This document shows positions 44,140 through 45,814 of a stretch of 45,814 nucleotides of DNA, in pieces; position 1 is the first letter of the stretch; each line of letters opens with the position of its first letter. The DNA lies in the IMG/VR virus record IMGVR_UViG_3300012909_000002, positions 1 through 45,814 of that record; one strand, written 5' to 3'. The notes below the pieces were generated by a model. That model saw nothing but the letters and a program-made list of their open reading frames with translations. It did no database searches and was not told where the DNA came from. Origin of the DNA: a virus. Taxonomy: Duplodnaviria > Caudoviricetes. Both the position numbers and the translations under genes were made by a program.

Positions 44140-44637
44140 ATGGCAAAGGCAAGAGCGGAGAAGGTTACCGAGATCGATCCGAGAGTTGTGAAACTGATGG
44201 CGGCGCTGCGGGAAACCTGCGAGAAGCAGAACGCGATCATGCTCGAGATCGACGCGCTGCTGGCCGGCAAGGCTGGCATCGGCGACAAGCTCAAATCATT
44301 TTACGAAGCCTGGGGCGACCTCTGGTCGGCCAAATACCACGGGCGCAGCTACGTGTTCGCGTTCGCCAAGGACGCCGCGCACCTGAAGCGGTTGCTTCGC
44401 ACCATCACGCTCGACGAGCTTGTGACCCGGGCCGGGAACTACATGCGGAGCGACGACCCCTTCGTGGTGCAGTCGGGCCACAGCTTCAACGTGTTCGTCG
44501 CGATGGTGAATCAGTTCGCGGGGTTTATCTCGACCAACGGTGCCGACGCGCCGGTCGGTTGCAAGCACGACCCAGCCTGCAAGGACGACGCGGCCTGCAC
44601 GAAGCGCAAGCACCGCGAGATGCTCGATGGCAAGTAA
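44140..44637 (+). CDS. Putative replication protein / helicase-loader partner
   Basis: AGGAG RBS; directly upstream of and overlapping dnaB; helical domain plus C-terminal C..H..C..C. Confidence 0.6.
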   Translation: MAKARAEKVTEIDPRVVKLMAALRETCEKQNAIMLEIDALLAGKAGIGDKLKSFYEAWGDLWSAKYHGRSYVFAFAKDAAHLKRLLRTITLDELVTRAGNYMRSDDPFVVQSGHSFNVFVAMVNQFAGFISTNGADAPVGCKHDPACKDDAACTKRKHREMLDGK

Positions 44638-45814
44638 GACCGCCACCGCAGAGGCACCGCCGCGTGTCCTACCCCACAACCTGGAGGCGGAACGCGCGGT
44701 GCTCGGCGCCATCCTGATCAACAACGATGTGTTCCACGCAGCCGCGGCCATCGTGCAACCCAAGGACTTCTTCAGGGACGCGCACCGCCGCATCTACAAG
44801 GCCATCTGGAAGCTGGCCGACGACGACTCGATCATCGACCTGGTCACGGTGAAGGCGCTCATGGAGCAGAGCAATGACCTCGACGAAGCCGGTGGTGCGT
44901 CCTATCTCGCGTCGTTGATCGACGGTGTGCCCTACTCGACCAACGTCATTGCCTACTCGGAGATCGTGAAGGACGCCTCGACGTTGCGGTCAATGATCAC
45001 CACTGGCAACAAGATCGTGACCAGAGCCTACGAGGCCGACGAGTCCGCGAAGCAGATCGTGACGTGGGCCGAGCAGCAGATGTTCGACCTAGCGCACGGC
45101 CACCTAACGAGCAAGTTGACCGACCTCCGCGCCGGCACACGGGCGCTGCTCGATGACCTAGACTTCCGCATTAAGAACAAGGGACAGGTGACCGGCATCG
45201 ACACCGGCTTCGACTCGCTGAACCAGTTGACGCTGGGGTGGCAGCGCGGCGACCTGATCTTCGTCGGCGCCCGACCATCGATCGGCAAGACCACGTTCGT
45301 GATGAACAGCGTCACGAAGGCCGCGCAGATGGGCAAGCGCATCGCGGTGTTCTCGATGGAGATGCGTCGAAAGCAGTTGGAGTATCGGATCCTGTCGAGC
45401 CTGAGCGACGTCGAACTGACGCGCATTATGAACGGGGCCATCGTCGGCGGCGACCACGCGAAGATATCGAACGCGATGGAGATCATGCACGAACTCCCGC
45501 TGTTCATCGACGACACGCCGGCGCGAACCATCTGGGACATTAGGAGCGCCGCGCGGCAGATGAAAGCCGACCAAGGCATCGACGCGGTGGTGGTCGACTA
45601 CGTGCAGCTGATGCGCGGGACGCTCGACAACCGGAACGCGAACCGCAACATGGAACTGACCGACATCAGCAACCGCTTCAAGGCGCTGGCTGGCGAGCTC
45701 GACGTGCCGATCATCGTGCTGTCGCAGCTGGCGCGGAAGAGCCTGGACCGGCCCGACCCGCGCCCGAAGATGTCAGACCTGAAGGACTGCGGCGCGTTCG
45801 AACAGGACGCCGAC
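44627..45814 (+). CDS. dnaB: Replicative DNA helicase DnaB (continues to 327; ~463 aa)
   Basis: LPHNLEAERAVLGAIL, TGIDTGF..L, GARPSIGKT, FSMEM, VVVDYVQL. Confidence 0.96.
   Translation, partial: MASKTATAEAPPRVLPHNLEAERAVLGAILINNDVFHAAAAIVQPKDFFRDAHRRIYKAIWKLADDDSIIDLVTVKALMEQSNDLDEAGGASYLASLIDGVPYSTNVIAYSEIVKDASTLRSMITTGNKIVTRAYEADESAKQIVTWAEQQMFDLAHGHLTSKLTDLRAGTRALLDDLDFRIKNKGQVTGIDTGFDSLNQLTLGWQRGDLIFVGARPSIGKTTFVMNSVTKAAQMGKRIAVFSMEMRRKQLEYRILSSLSDVELTRIMNGAIVGGDHAKISNAMEIMHELPLFIDDTPARTIWDIRSAARQMKADQGIDAVVVDYVQLMRGTLDNRNANRNMELTDISNRFKALAGELDVPIIVLSQLARKSLDRPDPRPKMSDLKDCGAFEQDAD
45692..45814. repeat. Terminal direct repeat, copy 2
   Basis: Identical to 1-123. Confidence 0.97.

Overview
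The window is an apparently complete, circularly assembled, GC-rich tailed-phage genome of about 45.7 kb. Bases 1-123 repeat 45692-45814 exactly, and dnaB runs across that join. Essentially all genes are on the + strand. The virion module is podovirus-like (BPP-1/T7-type order): TerS, TerL, portal, scaffold, major capsid, cement, tail adaptor, nozzle and three ejection proteins, the last a ~3476-aa polyvalent protein. Lysis genes follow, then a recombination/replication module (Mgm101/Rad52-like annealase, PD-(D/E)XK nuclease, HNH-like protein, C5 methyltransferase, Irc3-like SF2 helicase, DnaB, RuvC-like resolvase, MT-A70 methyltransferase). I saw no integrase, DNA polymerase, primase, reverse transcriptase, tRNA or CRISPR array. 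The most notable observations are: (1) the giant ejection protein looks like a polyprotein, with ART-like, HhH-glycosylase-like and zincin domains separated by recurring aromatic-Gln motifs, and a small gene nested out of frame right behind the glycosylase-like domain; (2) the C5 methyltransferase is split over two fully overlapping frames; (3) the tail adaptor is tandemly duplicated and fused to a large appendage domain; (4) the major capsid protein has a hydrophobic N-terminal extension; (5) a cassette region around terS carries a triplicated Cys/His module; (6) a four-site palindromic operator set and a second, unexplained repeated 14-16-mer. All family assignments come from motif recognition by eye, not from database searches.
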